A stretch of 64,000 nt of DNA from Rickettsiales bacterium (lineage in GTDB: Bacteria; Pseudomonadota; Alphaproteobacteria; Rickettsiales; JALZUV01), in NCBI GenBank assembly GCA_029252805.1, contig JAQXAR010000014.1:4198-68197 (forward strand), given 5' to 3'. The translations under genes were made by a program, and so were the position numbers. This document shows, one piece after another, positions 30,687 to 41,103 of this stretch. Numbering within the stretch: the stretch's first letter is position 1; each line of letters opens with the position of its first letter. Under the pieces are notes generated by a model. The model ran no database searches. It saw nothing but the letters and a program-made list of their open reading frames with translations, and was not told the origin of the DNA.

Positions 30687-32489
30687 GTGCACTTTGTTAG
30701 GTTTTTATCATTTTTTGTCATAAGTGTGAGCTTGTTTTCTACAGCCACACTTGCTGATACTGTTTTCATGGTTCAACTCGGAAGCTACGATAGTAGTGAA
30801 AAAGCAGATGCCACATGGGACCGCCTTACGGCCGAAAATGCAACGCTTTTTGACGGGCTCTCGCACTTAAATAGCCGCATTTCACTTCCTCCAGAAAACA
30901 TTACAACCTTCCGCCTTCAGGTTGGCCCTATTTCAAACCGCGTAAAAGCAAAACAGATTTGCTCTACTTTGCGTATCGATGATGAAGATTGTTTTGTAGT
31001 GGAAACAGCAATGTTTGTTGGAGAAGAGCAATTTGACGTAGCAGGTATTATTACGCCAGAACTGCCCGTACCGAGTGCAGTTGCCGTAGCAGCAGCCCCT
31101 TCTCTTCTTGGTAGCGCAGGTAATGCGCTTGATAGTATTACGAATGCCATCATTGCTCCTTTCAGCAGAGATGAAAGCGAATCAGGGTCAGATATCGCAG
31201 GGTTAGCTGAACTTGAAGATGAAGCAGTTGCCCAAGCTAGTGTCATCGAAGATGAAATTGAGGAAACCCAAGAAACTGTAGAAACTGCAGTGATTGAAGA
31301 TACAGTCGAAGCAGCAGCTGAAGAAGAATCCCTCACTGAGACTTTTCTACCATGGTTACGCCGCAAAAAACCTACAACACGCGTCACTCGTAATCTTACC
31401 CCCCCTACAGCAACTAATCCGGACCTTTCCGCTGAGGAAATCGTCGAAGAAGTTGCTATTGCGACTCCTGAAGTGAAAATGGTACAGCTCAAGGCGTTAC
31501 CTGTTATTGAGAAGCCAAAGGTCGAGATTACAGCCCTTCCGGCGACTCCGGTTATCAAAAAATCACTTCGTACTGCCGCTAAGCCCGTGATTGAAGCTCC
31601 GATTGCCCGCTCGTCTCGCACTCGTGGCCTCGCTTCTGCAGTTATCAGGCAGCCTCTGGAAAATGTGAAAAAGGCAACACCTGCCCTAACGGTTGGAAAA
31701 GCGATTATACCTGCAACTGATGGCTCCGTTGAAGTGGCTGAAGCCATTGCTGTTCCTTTGTCTGACATCACGGCAGCAACACGTGCCGCAGGCTTCGAGC
31801 CAAAAACCAAATCTGGGTTACCTATCTTTAAAGGGCGCAAAGCTCTTGGCTGGCGTGGCACCCCCTCTCAGAGCTTTTTGCAAAAGTCACTTTGGGTGAA
31901 ACTTAACTATTTTGAGAATAATGCAAAAGCAACAAACTACTGGAATGAGCTACGTCGTCAGCAGCCTGCTCTTACCCAAAAGCTCCGCATGCGCCTTACG
32001 CAACCGTATAGTCAACGCAAAAACGGAAAACGTGTTTCGATGCAGCTAGGACCGTTGCTAGCTTACAAAGACGTACAAGCTCTCTGTAAAGCAGCAGGCA
32101 AACCGGGTCTCATTTGCGAAGTGCAGCGTAATGCAGGAGTTTCAACGGCTCAGCACAATCGTGGTACGGAAACACGCAACGGCCTAACTTCTCGTCGTGA
32201 TATTGCGAATCAGCAAAGACGTAATACACGTAAAGCTCGCTCGCAATTCTGGGCGCAAATGGGCAGCTACCGCAACCGTGGCGATGCTATGAAAGTATGG
32301 AGCGAATTGAAATTACGCCATAGCGAATTACGTGGCAAAGCTCCTCACCTTGCGCATCCGGCTAATTCAAGCAGCAGTCGCACCATCTATCGATTACGCA
32401 CCGGGCCTTTTGCCACACGAAATGCGGCGCAAGAGCTTTGCAGTGGCCTGAATGCTGATTCGACGCCCTGCGTTGTGGTGAATAACTAA
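30687..32489 (+). CDS. Membrane-anchored protein with three SPOR (septal peptidoglycan-binding) domains
   Basis: GTG start and an N-terminal hydrophobic anchor. SPOR-like modules lie at the N-terminus ('VFMVQLGSYDS...FRLQVGPIS'), the middle ('LWVKLNYFEN...VSMQLGPLL') and the C-terminus ('FWAQMGSYRN...YRLRTGPFA'). Each ends with a Cys-x8-9-Cys pair. Confidence 0.8.
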   Translation: MHFVRFLSFFVISVSLFSTATLADTVFMVQLGSYDSSEKADATWDRLTAENATLFDGLSHLNSRISLPPENITTFRLQVGPISNRVKAKQICSTLRIDDEDCFVVETAMFVGEEQFDVAGIITPELPVPSAVAVAAAPSLLGSAGNALDSITNAIIAPFSRDESESGSDIAGLAELEDEAVAQASVIEDEIEETQETVETAVIEDTVEAAAEEESLTETFLPWLRRKKPTTRVTRNLTPPTATNPDLSAEEIVEEVAIATPEVKMVQLKALPVIEKPKVEITALPATPVIKKSLRTAAKPVIEAPIARSSRTRGLASAVIRQPLENVKKATPALTVGKAIIPATDGSVEVAEAIAVPLSDITAATRAAGFEPKTKSGLPIFKGRKALGWRGTPSQSFLQKSLWVKLNYFENNAKATNYWNELRRQQPALTQKLRMRLTQPYSQRKNGKRVSMQLGPLLAYKDVQALCKAAGKPGLICEVQRNAGVSTAQHNRGTETRNGLTSRRDIANQQRRNTRKARSQFWAQMGSYRNRGDAMKVWSELKLRHSELRGKAPHLAHPANSSSSRTIYRLRTGPFATRNAAQELCSGLNADSTPCVVVNN

Positions 32490-32587
32490 CGCTCAAAGAT
32501 TCTATTCTCTCACCCTGCTGTTAAAAACAACGTCATAGAGGGAGTCATTCTAGCGCCCAGCAGTGTAAAAGTGTATGAGTGGACCTT

Positions 32588-33850
32588 ATGAAAAAACGGC
32601 CTGATGTGACTCCCGTAACTGTATCTATCCAAGCCCTTGGCGGCATGGGAGAGGGTATGGGCATCCATAATGGGGAAGCAATTTATGTGCCCTATAGCTG
32701 CGCCGGAGATACGTTGCGCGTACGCTTGACCCAACCCAAAGCACAATTATTGGAAATATTAGAACCGTCCGCAGATCGTGTCACTCCCCACTGCAAACAC
32801 TTCACCACCTGCGGCGGCTGCAACTTACAGCACCTCAACACAGCGACTTATACGGAATTCAAACCGCGCATCTTGCAGAAGATTCTCTCTCAAATCGGCG
32901 CTAACGAGACCGTTATTCAGCCGATGATTGAAGGCGGACAAGAAAGCCGTCGTCGAGTCGAATTCAAAGTTACCTCGCATAAGGGAGTGGTCGATATAGG
33001 CTTCTTCGAAGCGAGAACTCATGCACTCATTGCGGTTGAAGAATGCCCTATTAGTGCGCCACAATTGTTGGCGCCCCTGTCCGCATTCAAGCAATCTATT
33101 GAGAGCCTTAAGAAGCCAAGTCATATCAAAGCGATTCATGTCACCGCCTTAGACTCAGGCCTGGATGTTATCATTCATGTGAGTCAGCCCCTAAATGCGA
33201 AGGATCGAGAGCAGCTGGTTCAGCTTGCAACCGATCAAGGTTTTGTACGCTTAAGCGAACAGTTTGAAGAGACGCTGACTTTGTTTGATAGCGGCCAGGC
33301 GTTAGTAGAGTTTGCAGGTGTCAGCGTTAACTTCCCTACTGGTGCGTTCTTACAGGCCACGAGGCGGGGCGAAGCGGCGATCGCTCAGCTCGTGACGACG
33401 CATCTACAAGGTTGCGAGTATATTGCTGATTTATACTCCGGTTGCGGTACGTATAGCTTCCCCTTATTGGCGCAGGCCAAGCGTGTCAGTGCCTATGAAG
33501 GCAACGACGCGATGATTGCTGCCATGCATAATGCGATTCTGAAAGCAAAGCTCGAAAATAAGATGAGTGCGACAGCGCGCGATCTTTATAAGAACCCTTT
33601 AACTGCGACAGAACTCAAGCATTATGATGGTATTGTTATTAACCCATCACGCAATGGCGCCCTGCCCCAAGTTAAGCAAATCGCTAACAGTCATCTCAAG
33701 AAGCTCGTGATGGTATCGTGCAGTCCTAATAGTTTTAAGCGCGATGCGAAACACCTACTTGATGCTGGATGGCGCATGATAGAAGCCACGCCGATTGATC
33801 AATTCTATTGGAGTGCGCATCTCGAGATTGTAGCAATATTTACAAAATAA
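32588..33850 (+). CDS. 23S rRNA (uracil-C5)-methyltransferase, RlmD/RumA family
   Basis: Fe-S Cys cluster 'CKHFTTCGGCNLQH', SAM motif 'DLYSGCGTYSF', and catalytic 'MVSCSPNSFKRD'. Confidence 0.85.
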   Translation: MKKRPDVTPVTVSIQALGGMGEGMGIHNGEAIYVPYSCAGDTLRVRLTQPKAQLLEILEPSADRVTPHCKHFTTCGGCNLQHLNTATYTEFKPRILQKILSQIGANETVIQPMIEGGQESRRRVEFKVTSHKGVVDIGFFEARTHALIAVEECPISAPQLLAPLSAFKQSIESLKKPSHIKAIHVTALDSGLDVIIHVSQPLNAKDREQLVQLATDQGFVRLSEQFEETLTLFDSGQALVEFAGVSVNFPTGAFLQATRRGEAAIAQLVTTHLQGCEYIADLYSGCGTYSFPLLAQAKRVSAYEGNDAMIAAMHNAILKAKLENKMSATARDLYKNPLTATELKHYDGIVINPSRNGALPQVKQIANSHLKKLVMVSCSPNSFKRDAKHLLDAGWRMIEATPIDQFYWSAHLEIVAIFTK

Positions 33851-33874
33851 CGAAAAACACTCTATAATAAGATT

Positions 33875-34744
33875 ATGATCATAGACTCTAAACGCTACCG
33901 CGCACCGCAAGGCCAACGGATAAAACTCGACGATTGGGATACGCTCAATACGCCGTTTTATACGGATAAAAAAGATTATAAAGCGCAAATCAAAGCGAGT
34001 GTAGGCGCTCTCAGCGAGCTGCAAGAAATGCTCTACGCCCATGATAAGCACTCGCTACTGGTTGTGTTCCAAGCGATGGATGCCGCAGGTAAAGATGGCA
34101 CCATTCGTCATGTATTCTCGGGCATGAATCCACAAGGCTTTCAAGTTTCCAGCTTCAAAAAGCCCAGCGATGAAGAGCTCGATCATGACTTCCTCTGGCG
34201 TACGACAAAACAGTTACCCGAACGCGGGCGCATCGGTATTTTTAACCGCAGCTATTACGAAGAAGTGCTAATTGTGAAAGTGCATCAGGGAATCCTAAAG
34301 GGACAAAAGCTCCCATCCGAACTCATCAGCAATAATATTTGGCAAGAGCGTTATCGATCCATCACGGATTTTGAGAGCCACCTCGAACGTAACGGTACAA
34401 AGGTAGTAAAGTTCTTCCTCCATCTATCCAAAGAAGAGCAGCGTCAGCGCTTCCTTGCGCGTATTGATGAGCCTGAAAAGAATTGGAAATTCAGCGAAGG
34501 CGACGTCAAAGAGCGCGGCTATTGGGATGAGTATCAAACAACTTATGCCGAAGCGATCAGCGCGACCAGCACTGAAGCAGCGCCGTGGTATATAGTACCG
34601 GCAGATGATAAAAAGAATGCCCGCCTCATCGTCAGCCAAGTACTGCGTGATACATTAAGCGGGTTTCACATGAACTATCCAGCACAAGCACTTGAACAAG
34701 AAGAAAAACTACAAGAAATTCGAAAGCAATTGCTAAGCGAGTAA
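33875..34744 (+). CDS. ppk2: Polyphosphate kinase 2 family (polyphosphate:nucleotide phosphotransferase)
   Basis: Walker A-like 'FQAMDAAGKDGTIRHV', then 'DHDFLWR' and 'IFNRSYYEEVL'. Single-domain, 289 aa. Confidence 0.9.
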   Translation: MIIDSKRYRAPQGQRIKLDDWDTLNTPFYTDKKDYKAQIKASVGALSELQEMLYAHDKHSLLVVFQAMDAAGKDGTIRHVFSGMNPQGFQVSSFKKPSDEELDHDFLWRTTKQLPERGRIGIFNRSYYEEVLIVKVHQGILKGQKLPSELISNNIWQERYRSITDFESHLERNGTKVVKFFLHLSKEEQRQRFLARIDEPEKNWKFSEGDVKERGYWDEYQTTYAEAISATSTEAAPWYIVPADDKKNARLIVSQVLRDTLSGFHMNYPAQALEQEEKLQEIRKQLLSE

Positions 34745-34749
34745 CTTGC

Positions 34750-35082
34750 TTAAGCAACCTGCATATTTCGAGTGCCAGTCGGTAGCTTCACCTTCAAACC
34801 ATCCAATGCGTCAGACATAAGAATCTGGCAACCAAGGCGAGATGTTTCCGTCAAACCAAAGGCGAGATCAAGCATATCTTCTTCATCTTCGCTGGGTTCT
34901 TTTAGGGTGTTAAAATAAGCATCATCCACAATGACGTGGCAGGTTGAACAAGCGAGCGAGCCTTCACATGCGCCTTCTAGCGCGACTGCATTATGGTGAG
35001 CGACTTCCAAAACAGATTGGCCGTTTGGCGCATCAAATGTTTGTTCCGTTCCGTCGGGGAGTACAAAAGTAAGTTTTGGCAT
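34750..35082 (-). CDS. fdx: ISC-type [2Fe-2S] ferredoxin
   Basis: '[13 protein letters not shown]' and 'SRLGCQI' cluster cysteines. Last gene of the isc string. Confidence 0.92.
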   Translation of the reverse strand: MPKLTFVLPDGTEQTFDAPNGQSVLEVAHHNAVALEGACEGSLACSTCHVIVDDAYFNTLKEPSEDEEDMLDLAFGLTETSRLGCQILMSDALDGLKVKLPTGTRNMQVA

Positions 35083-35087
35083 AATAT

Positions 35088-36797
35088 CTATCCTATTTCT
35101 TCTACTGATTTGCCTTCTAGCGCATCTGATATAGCGCTGTCCATTCTTCTTTGCGCAAATGGGTAGGCGATTGTTTCCAATGCCTTATGTGCCGCGTCGA
35201 TTACGTCACGGTCATCGCCCTTAATTGCGACCTGTAATGCCTCAACGATTCTGGGTAAAGCAGCCTGCTCTTCTGCCGTTAGCAGTGAGCCACTCTCAGA
35301 CATCGCGGATGATAAGTCATAGATCAAGCGCTCTGATTCAACGCGAGCTTCGGCCAATAAGCGCAACGTAATGTCCTCACGGGCATATTGCATCGAATCG
35401 CGAATCATCCCTTCGATTTTTTCTGGTGGCAGACCGTAAGAGGGTTTGACCTCCACATGCTGCTGCGTGCCGGTCGTTTTCTCCTCAGCCGTTACGCTGA
35501 GCAAACCATCAGCATCCACCGTAAACGTCACTTCAATACGCGCGAGGCCGGCGGCCATAGGCGGGATATCCGACAGGGTAAATTTAGCGAGTGAGCGGCA
35601 CTGGTCTACCATCTCACGCTCGCCTTGCAGCACGTGGATGAGCATGGCATTCTGACCATCTTGATAGGTCGTAAATTCTTGGCGCGCCGAAACCGGAATT
35701 GGGCTGTTACGGTGAACCACCTTCTCTACCAAGCCGCCCATCGTCTCAAGTCCGAGCGATAATGGCGTTACATCCAGCAATAATGTATCCGAACCACGCG
35801 TAAGGGCTTTTGCCTGTAAGCCAGCGCCTAAGGCCACCACTTTATCAGGATCAATATCCGTAAGCGCCGGCTTCCCAAAAAACGCCTCCGCTGCTTTACG
35901 AACCGCCGGCACACGCGTTGAGCCACCGACAAGTACCACGCCTTTGATCTCAGCGATGCTTAAATCCGCATCATCCAATGCTTGCTTGCTGGCTACCGTG
36001 GTTTTAGTGACAAGTGGCGCAATAAGCGTGTCAAATACCTCACGCCTAATGGTCTTGCCTTCAAATTCGACGCTATTTGATTCGGAAAGCTGTTCTTTAA
36101 GCGTACGCGCTTGCAATGGCGTCATGCCAAATTCATTGGCAATAGCAGTATCAAAATCATCACCACCAAGCGCAACATCACCGTGAGTCGAGAGCACTTG
36201 AAATACGCCCTTCTCCATCCGCAAAATAGAGATATCAAAGGTGCCGCCGCCTAAGTCGTAAATAGCATAAATACCTTCTGATTCATGATCGAGGCCATAG
36301 GCTAACGCCGCTGCCGTAGGCTCATTCACCAAGCGCAACACTTCTAAACCGGCCAAACGAGCCGCATCGCGAGTGGCAGTACGTGCTGTATCATCGAAAT
36401 AAGCAGGAACGGTAATCACTGCTTCCGTCACATCCGTATCTAACTGAACCTCGGCTAGTTCTTTGAGGTAACGCAGGATATCTGCTGAAGTTTCAACCGG
36501 TGTTTTACCGTTAGCAACCACGTCTGCAGCACCTTCAGCAATTTTGCGCTTGATGGAGTGGATAGCAGTGGCGCTCTGTTTAGCTGCTTCGCCTACACGT
36601 ATATCATCGCTATAATCAACGATAGAGGGGTGAATGCTTTTGCCTCGCGCATCCGTCACATATTGCGGCACGCCTTCTGCATCGAGATAGCTAACAACGC
36701 AATGCGTCGTGCCTAAATCAATGCCAATTGCGAGTTTTTGTTCATCGGCATGCGGTCGTGGCGCGGCGCCAGGTTCGTGAATTTGGAGTAATGCCAT
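35088..36797 (-). CDS. hscA: Fe-S cluster assembly Hsp70-type chaperone HscA
   Basis: '[10 protein letters not shown]' start as in E. coli HscA, at ATG 36797. The track ORF extends to 36839. '[11 protein letters not shown]' and '[12 protein letters not shown]' are present. Confidence 0.95.
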   Translation of the reverse strand: MALLQIHEPGAAPRPHADEQKLAIGIDLGTTHCVVSYLDAEGVPQYVTDARGKSIHPSIVDYSDDIRVGEAAKQSATAIHSIKRKIAEGAADVVANGKTPVETSADILRYLKELAEVQLDTDVTEAVITVPAYFDDTARTATRDAARLAGLEVLRLVNEPTAAALAYGLDHESEGIYAIYDLGGGTFDISILRMEKGVFQVLSTHGDVALGGDDFDTAIANEFGMTPLQARTLKEQLSESNSVEFEGKTIRREVFDTLIAPLVTKTTVASKQALDDADLSIAEIKGVVLVGGSTRVPAVRKAAEAFFGKPALTDIDPDKVVALGAGLQAKALTRGSDTLLLDVTPLSLGLETMGGLVEKVVHRNSPIPVSARQEFTTYQDGQNAMLIHVLQGEREMVDQCRSLAKFTLSDIPPMAAGLARIEVTFTVDADGLLSVTAEEKTTGTQQHVEVKPSYGLPPEKIEGMIRDSMQYAREDITLRLLAEARVESERLIYDLSSAMSESGSLLTAEEQAALPRIVEALQVAIKGDDRDVIDAAHKALETIAYPFAQRRMDSAISDALEGKSVEEIG

Positions 36798-36830
36798 GAT
36801 ACTATCCTCTAGCTGCCAATTTTGTGGATA

Positions 36831-36863
36831 GGCTAGCAAAGCTAGCCCGCCAGATTCCTGGCG
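36831..36863 (-). other. Two adjacent perfect hairpins in the hscB-hscA intergenic spacer
   Basis: GGCTAGC-AAA-GCTAGCC (36831-36847) is immediately followed by CGCCAG-ATTC-CTGGCG (36848-36863). They sit within an atypically long 120 nt gap in an otherwise tightly coupled operon. Confidence 0.5.
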
Positions 36864-36917
36864 TAAGGGTGCGCGCCGTGTGAGCGCCGCGTAAGCGTAA
36901 AAATAATAGTAATGCCA

Positions 36918-37403
36918 TTACGCTGCTATCCCTTTAATTTTACGTGTGAGAATCGCAATGGTTTTTTCTAAATAACCAAAGCGAATCACTGCTTGCGGCG
37001 AAACTTCTATATGCAGCTGTGCCACTAACTCCTCGCGCACCGTATGAAACTTTCCAACCAGCATGGCCGCTTGTGAACCCGCAGATTCCTCCACCTCTTC
37101 ATTCCATTCCATCACTTCCATCAGGAGTGCGTGGTCAGGCTTCATCGTTGCGTTATCGCCCTGCACTCGAATACCCTGAAGCTCCAAAATATGTACGGCG
37201 CGCAGGTAATCATCTTTTAACACACGATACGCATCATTTGCCGCTGCCGATGCCAGAGCCGCTTTTTGCCGCTCCGCATCACTCTTGCCCATTTGACGAT
37301 CAGGGTGTGCGACTTGCTGTGCCCGCACATAAGCCCGCTGAAGCGCCTCTGCATCCTGCACAAATGAAGGCTCAAAGCCTAAGGTTTGGAAATGGTTGTG
37401 CAT
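36918..37403 (-). CDS. hscB: Fe-S cluster assembly co-chaperone HscB
   Basis: J-domain with 'HPD' ('AQQVAHPDR'). Start 'MHNHFQTLG' at 37403, 1 nt after the iscA stop. The longer track ORF would overlap iscA. Confidence 0.85.
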   Translation of the reverse strand: MHNHFQTLGFEPSFVQDAEALQRAYVRAQQVAHPDRQMGKSDAERQKAALASAAANDAYRVLKDDYLRAVHILELQGIRVQGDNATMKPDHALLMEVMEWNEEVEESAGSQAAMLVGKFHTVREELVAQLHIEVSPQAVIRFGYLEKTIAILTRKIKGIAA

Positions 37404-37404
37404 T

Positions 37405-37743
37405 CTAAACGTGGAAAGATTCACCGCAGCCGCAGCGACCTTTTTCATTTGGGTTAGTGAAGGTGAAGCCGCTCTCTAACTTATCATCTTTATAATCCAT
37501 CTCGGTACCCAAGATGAACATGATGGCTTTGGGATCAATCAGTACTTTCACGCCTTGAGCTTCGACCACTTCGTCAAATTCGCCCACTTCATCAGCATAT
37601 TCCAATGCATAGGATAAGCCCGAACAACCGGCCGTTTTCACGCCAATCTTAATACCAGCCGAGGGTTTACCACGACTCGCCAAGAGCGCCTGAATTTGTT
37701 CAGCCGCCGCTTCAGTGATTTGGATTGCTGCGGGAAGCGCCAT
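37405..37743 (-). CDS. iscA: Iron-sulfur cluster assembly protein IscA (HesB family)
   Basis: 'GCSGLSY' and C-terminal 'CGCGESF'. Confidence 0.92.
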   Translation of the reverse strand: MALPAAIQITEAAAEQIQALLASRGKPSAGIKIGVKTAGCSGLSYALEYADEVGEFDEVVEAQGVKVLIDPKAIMFILGTEMDYKDDKLESGFTFTNPNEKGRCGCGESFHV

Positions 37744-37753
37744 AATTCGTTAC

Positions 37754-38149
37754 TTACGCTGCTTCTGCAGAGCCATTCTTCTCACGATAATCAGTCACAG
37801 CCGCTTTAATCGCATCTTCAGCGAGAACAGAGCAGTGAATTTTTACCGGAGGAAGCGCAAGTTCTTGTGCGATTTCAGTGTTCTTGATCATCGCCGCTTC
37901 GTCGACGGTTTTACCCTTCACCCACTCCGTGATGAGCGAGCTTGAAGCGATTGCAGAACCACAACCGAATGTTTTAAATTTAGCATCTTCAATCACGCCA
38001 TCGGTACCGACTTTGATTTGAAGCTTCATAACATCACCACACGCAGGTGCGCCAACAAGGCCTGTTCCTACTGTGCTATCTTGCTTGTCCATGGAACCTA
38101 CATTGCGTGGGTTCTCGTAATGATCGACTACTTTTTCCGAATATGCCAT
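37754..38149 (-). CDS. iscU: Fe-S cluster assembly scaffold IscU
   Basis: 'YENPRNVGS', 'GAPACGDVMKLQI', 'FGCGSAIASSS' and 'LPPVKIHCSVLAEDAIKAA'. Confidence 0.96.
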   Translation of the reverse strand: MAYSEKVVDHYENPRNVGSMDKQDSTVGTGLVGAPACGDVMKLQIKVGTDGVIEDAKFKTFGCGSAIASSSLITEWVKGKTVDEAAMIKNTEIAQELALPPVKIHCSVLAEDAIKAAVTDYREKNGSAEAA

Positions 38150-38205
38150 TTTAATGCTCTCTTTCTATTCACTAATCACAAACTACTCATTACTGCGCGA
38201 GGCGC

Positions 38206-39465
38206 CTAATGTGCCGCCCACTCAATTTTTGATATATCGATACCTTCTTGCGCCATTTCCCATAGGGGGCTCATTTCGCGCAAGTGGTTAATGCTTTTCT
38301 TAATTAATTCTACTGCATAATCTACTTCTTCGCGGGTCGTAAAGCGCCCGAAGCCAAAACGGATAGAAGTATGGGCTAAATCTTCGCCGACACCAATTGC
38401 ACGCAACACATAAGAAGGCTCCAATGATGCTGAAGTACAAGCCGAGCCGGATGACACTGCAAGTTCTTTAAGCGCCATAATCATAGATTCACCTTCAATG
38501 TAAGCGAAACTGATATTCAAGTTACCGGGGATCCGTGCTTCGCGATCACCGTTAAGGAACACATCTTTAATGTTATCCAGAATCTCTTTCATGAAGTGAT
38601 CGGATAGCGCTTTAACGTGAGCGGTATCTTTTTCCATCTCTTCACCAGCGATACGTGCCGCTTCGCCGAGCCCCACCACCATCGGTGTTGGCAACGTACC
38701 AGAACGGAAGCCACGCTCCTGCCCGCCTCCAGAAAGGATAGACTTAATACGAACACGCGGACGACGGCGCACATAAAGCGCACCAACCCCCTTAGGACCA
38801 TAAATTTTATGACCTGAAATAGACATCATATCGATGTTCATCGCTTCAATATCAATCGGAATTTTACCGAAAGATTGTGCAGCATCCGTATGGAACAAAG
38901 TACCATTAGCACGACATAACGCGCCAATCTCGGTTACCGGTTGAATCACACCAATTTCGTTATTCACCATCATGATGGAAACGAGAAGTGTATCTTCGCG
39001 CAAAGCAGCTTTCAGAGCCTCTAGATCAATCAAACCATTGGTTTGCACAGGAAGATACGTAATCTCAAAACCTTTTTGTTCTAGCTGGCGGCAGCTTTCA
39101 AGCACACATTTATGCTCGGTTTGCGCCGTGATTATATGTTTCTTCTTCGCGCCGTAAAACTCAGCGACGCCTTTAATGGCGATGTTGTTTGATTCGGTCG
39201 CGCCGGAAGTAAATACGATTTCCTTCGGATTTGCGTTAATCAACTTCGCTACTTCTTCGCGTGCAATTTCAATTGCCGCTTCGGTTTCCCAACCGTAAGC
39301 GTGGCTACGTGAATGCGGATTACCAAATTTTTCCATGAAGTACGGCATCATTTTTTCCATAACGCGCGGATCCATTGGCGTAGTCGCCTGATTATCCAAG
39401 TAAATTGGGAAACGAATATCGCCTGATTTGGGCATTTCGCGGGAGATGTTAAGTACGTTTGTCAT
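38206..39465 (-). CDS. iscS: Cysteine desulfurase IscS
   Basis: '[15 protein letters not shown]', PLP Lys '[12 protein letters not shown]', and active-site loop '[19 protein letters not shown]'. An alternative start at M11 is possible. Confidence 0.95.
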   Translation of the reverse strand: MTNVLNISREMPKSGDIRFPIYLDNQATTPMDPRVMEKMMPYFMEKFGNPHSRSHAYGWETEAAIEIAREEVAKLINANPKEIVFTSGATESNNIAIKGVAEFYGAKKKHIITAQTEHKCVLESCRQLEQKGFEITYLPVQTNGLIDLEALKAALREDTLLVSIMMVNNEIGVIQPVTEIGALCRANGTLFHTDAAQSFGKIPIDIEAMNIDMMSISGHKIYGPKGVGALYVRRRPRVRIKSILSGGGQERGFRSGTLPTPMVVGLGEAARIAGEEMEKDTAHVKALSDHFMKEILDNIKDVFLNGDREARIPGNLNISFAYIEGESMIMALKELAVSSGSACTSASLEPSYVLRAIGVGEDLAHTSIRFGFGRFTTREEVDYAVELIKKSINHLREMSPLWEMAQEGIDISKIEWAAH

Positions 39466-39528
39466 CGTGTTTTTAATACCTTACTAATTTGGTCGGACTA
39501 TAGCGCTTTATAGTGATAACTGCAAGTC

Positions 39529-40656
39529 TTATGCAAGTCTTTTCGGCAGGGCTACGGCGGGTTGCGAGTAGTTCTCAACTAACTTCCTCCATGCTGCGAT
39601 AAATGCATCCAGCTCTACTTCAGTCGTCGCCCACCCCATAGAGATACGGATAGCCGAGGAGGACTCTTCTTTGCTATAACCCATCGCTTGCAGCACATGG
39701 CTCGCTTCAATACGGCCAGAAGAACAGGCAGAACCGGCGCTTACGCAGATTCCTGCTAAATCCAAATGCATCAATTGCAACTCGCTCGATAAGCTGGGAG
39801 TAATGATCGAAATCGTATTCGCCACCCTACCTGCGCCCTTAGAAATCAGGCGTGAGGTTGGAGAAATCGCAAATATCTCAGTCTCTAGTTTTTCACGTAA
39901 CGGCATAAGATTTGATAGATCAGGTAAATTATCGATAAGCGCCGCAAAGCCAGCAACCGCCGCGATATTCTCAGTTCCAGCACGGCGGCGTTTTTCTTGT
40001 CCGCCCCCCAGCATTTGTGAATTGAGCTTCACGTCGTTCTTCACAATAAGCGCACCCACGCCGACAGGTCCGCCGACTTTATGCGCGGCAATGGTCAGCA
40101 TATCGACGCCTAGCGTCGTAAAGTCAAAAGTGAGCTTACCGACCGCCTGCACTGCATCCGTATGCATAAGCCCGCCATATTTATGCACGAGTGCCGCAAT
40201 TTCACGGATAGGCTGAATAAGGCCTGTCTCGTTATTGACCAGCATGACAGAGACTAAAGCACTCTCACACCCCTGAAGCGCCTTCTCAAGCGTGCCTATA
40301 TTAAGCAAGCCATTCTCTTCAACGGGCAGAATCATAGTTCCTGTCGCTGCTTTCGCAATCTCAATGATCGATGAATGCTCGGTCGCAGCCACCATCAAGC
40401 TGCGCCCCTCTATGCCTTTAAGCGCGAGGTTATTCGCTTCTGTACCATTTGCCGTGAAGATCACTTCATCTGGCCATGCAGAAATATAATTCGCGATTGT
40501 CGTGCGTGAATCTTCAAGTACCTGCTTCGCCTTGCGCCCCATAGCGTGGATCGAAGAGGCGTTAAGCGGTAGTGCATCTAGCTCACCCATCCGTTCGCGC
40601 ACCTGCGGTAAGACCGGCGAAGTGGCGTTATAATCCATGTAGATGGGAGGCTTCAT
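39529..40656 (-). CDS. Second class V aminotransferase / cysteine desulfurase (NifS-like)
   Basis: 'IYMDYNATSPV', PLP Lys 'TIAAHKVGGPVG', and active Cys 'SAGSACSSG'. Abuts the iscR stop with no gap. Confidence 0.9.
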   Translation of the reverse strand: MKPPIYMDYNATSPVLPQVRERMGELDALPLNASSIHAMGRKAKQVLEDSRTTIANYISAWPDEVIFTANGTEANNLALKGIEGRSLMVAATEHSSIIEIAKAATGTMILPVEENGLLNIGTLEKALQGCESALVSVMLVNNETGLIQPIREIAALVHKYGGLMHTDAVQAVGKLTFDFTTLGVDMLTIAAHKVGGPVGVGALIVKNDVKLNSQMLGGGQEKRRRAGTENIAAVAGFAALIDNLPDLSNLMPLREKLETEIFAISPTSRLISKGAGRVANTISIITPSLSSELQLMHLDLAGICVSAGSACSSGRIEASHVLQAMGYSKEESSSAIRISMGWATTEVELDAFIAAWRKLVENYSQPAVALPKRLA

Positions 40657-41100
40657 TTAGGCACACTCCTCATTCAACTGCGCTAGAGTGCGCGAGCCTT
40701 GCGTTAGACTACCAAGCGTTACGCTACCTAAATATTCGCTAATTTGTGTGCCTAAGCCTTTCCAGAGTGAATGGGTTAAGCAGCGTGAGGTTTTGATCAT
40801 GCAGCCACTTTTTGGGTCACCATCGCAGCGTGTCATTTGCAGCGATTCATCAACCGCTTCAACGATAGCAAGGATTGTCACGTCATTCACAGCCTTAGTC
40901 AGCACATAGCCGCCACCGGGGCCACGAACGGATTTCACTAAACCTGCCTTACGAAGTTTAGGAAAGAGTTGCTCCAGATAAGACAGCGGCAACTCCTGAC
41001 GTTCAGCAATATCAGGCAAGCTTTGCGGCTTCTCTAATTCAGCGAGCGCTAAATCTACCATCGCCATAACGGCATACCTTGCTTTGGTCGTTAGAATCAT
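40657..41100 (-). CDS. iscR: Rrf2-family transcriptional regulator IscR
   Basis: 'ILTTKARYAVMAMVDLA' wHTH, plus Cys residues ('MTRCDGDPKSGCMIKTSRC') in the position of the IscR cluster ligands. Heads the isc genes. Confidence 0.85.
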   Translation of the reverse strand: MILTTKARYAVMAMVDLALAELEKPQSLPDIAERQELPLSYLEQLFPKLRKAGLVKSVRGPGGGYVLTKAVNDVTILAIVEAVDESLQMTRCDGDPKSGCMIKTSRCLTHSLWKGLGTQISEYLGSVTLGSLTQGSRTLAQLNEECA

Positions 41101-41103
41101 CTT

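Noticed and set aside
30917-31861. 314 aa ORF antisense to the SPOR-domain gene
   Set aside because: The translation is Ser/Ala/Thr low-complexity with no motifs. It lies opposite a Glu/Ala/Thr/Pro-rich sense region whose codons rarely generate antisense stops. The sense ORF is anchored by recognisable SPOR domains at both ends.
36798-36839. Longer HscA N-terminus (track ORF start at 36839)
   Set aside because: '[10 protein letters not shown]' at 36797 matches the canonical HscA N-terminus. The 14 extra residues have no counterpart and fall in the structured spacer.
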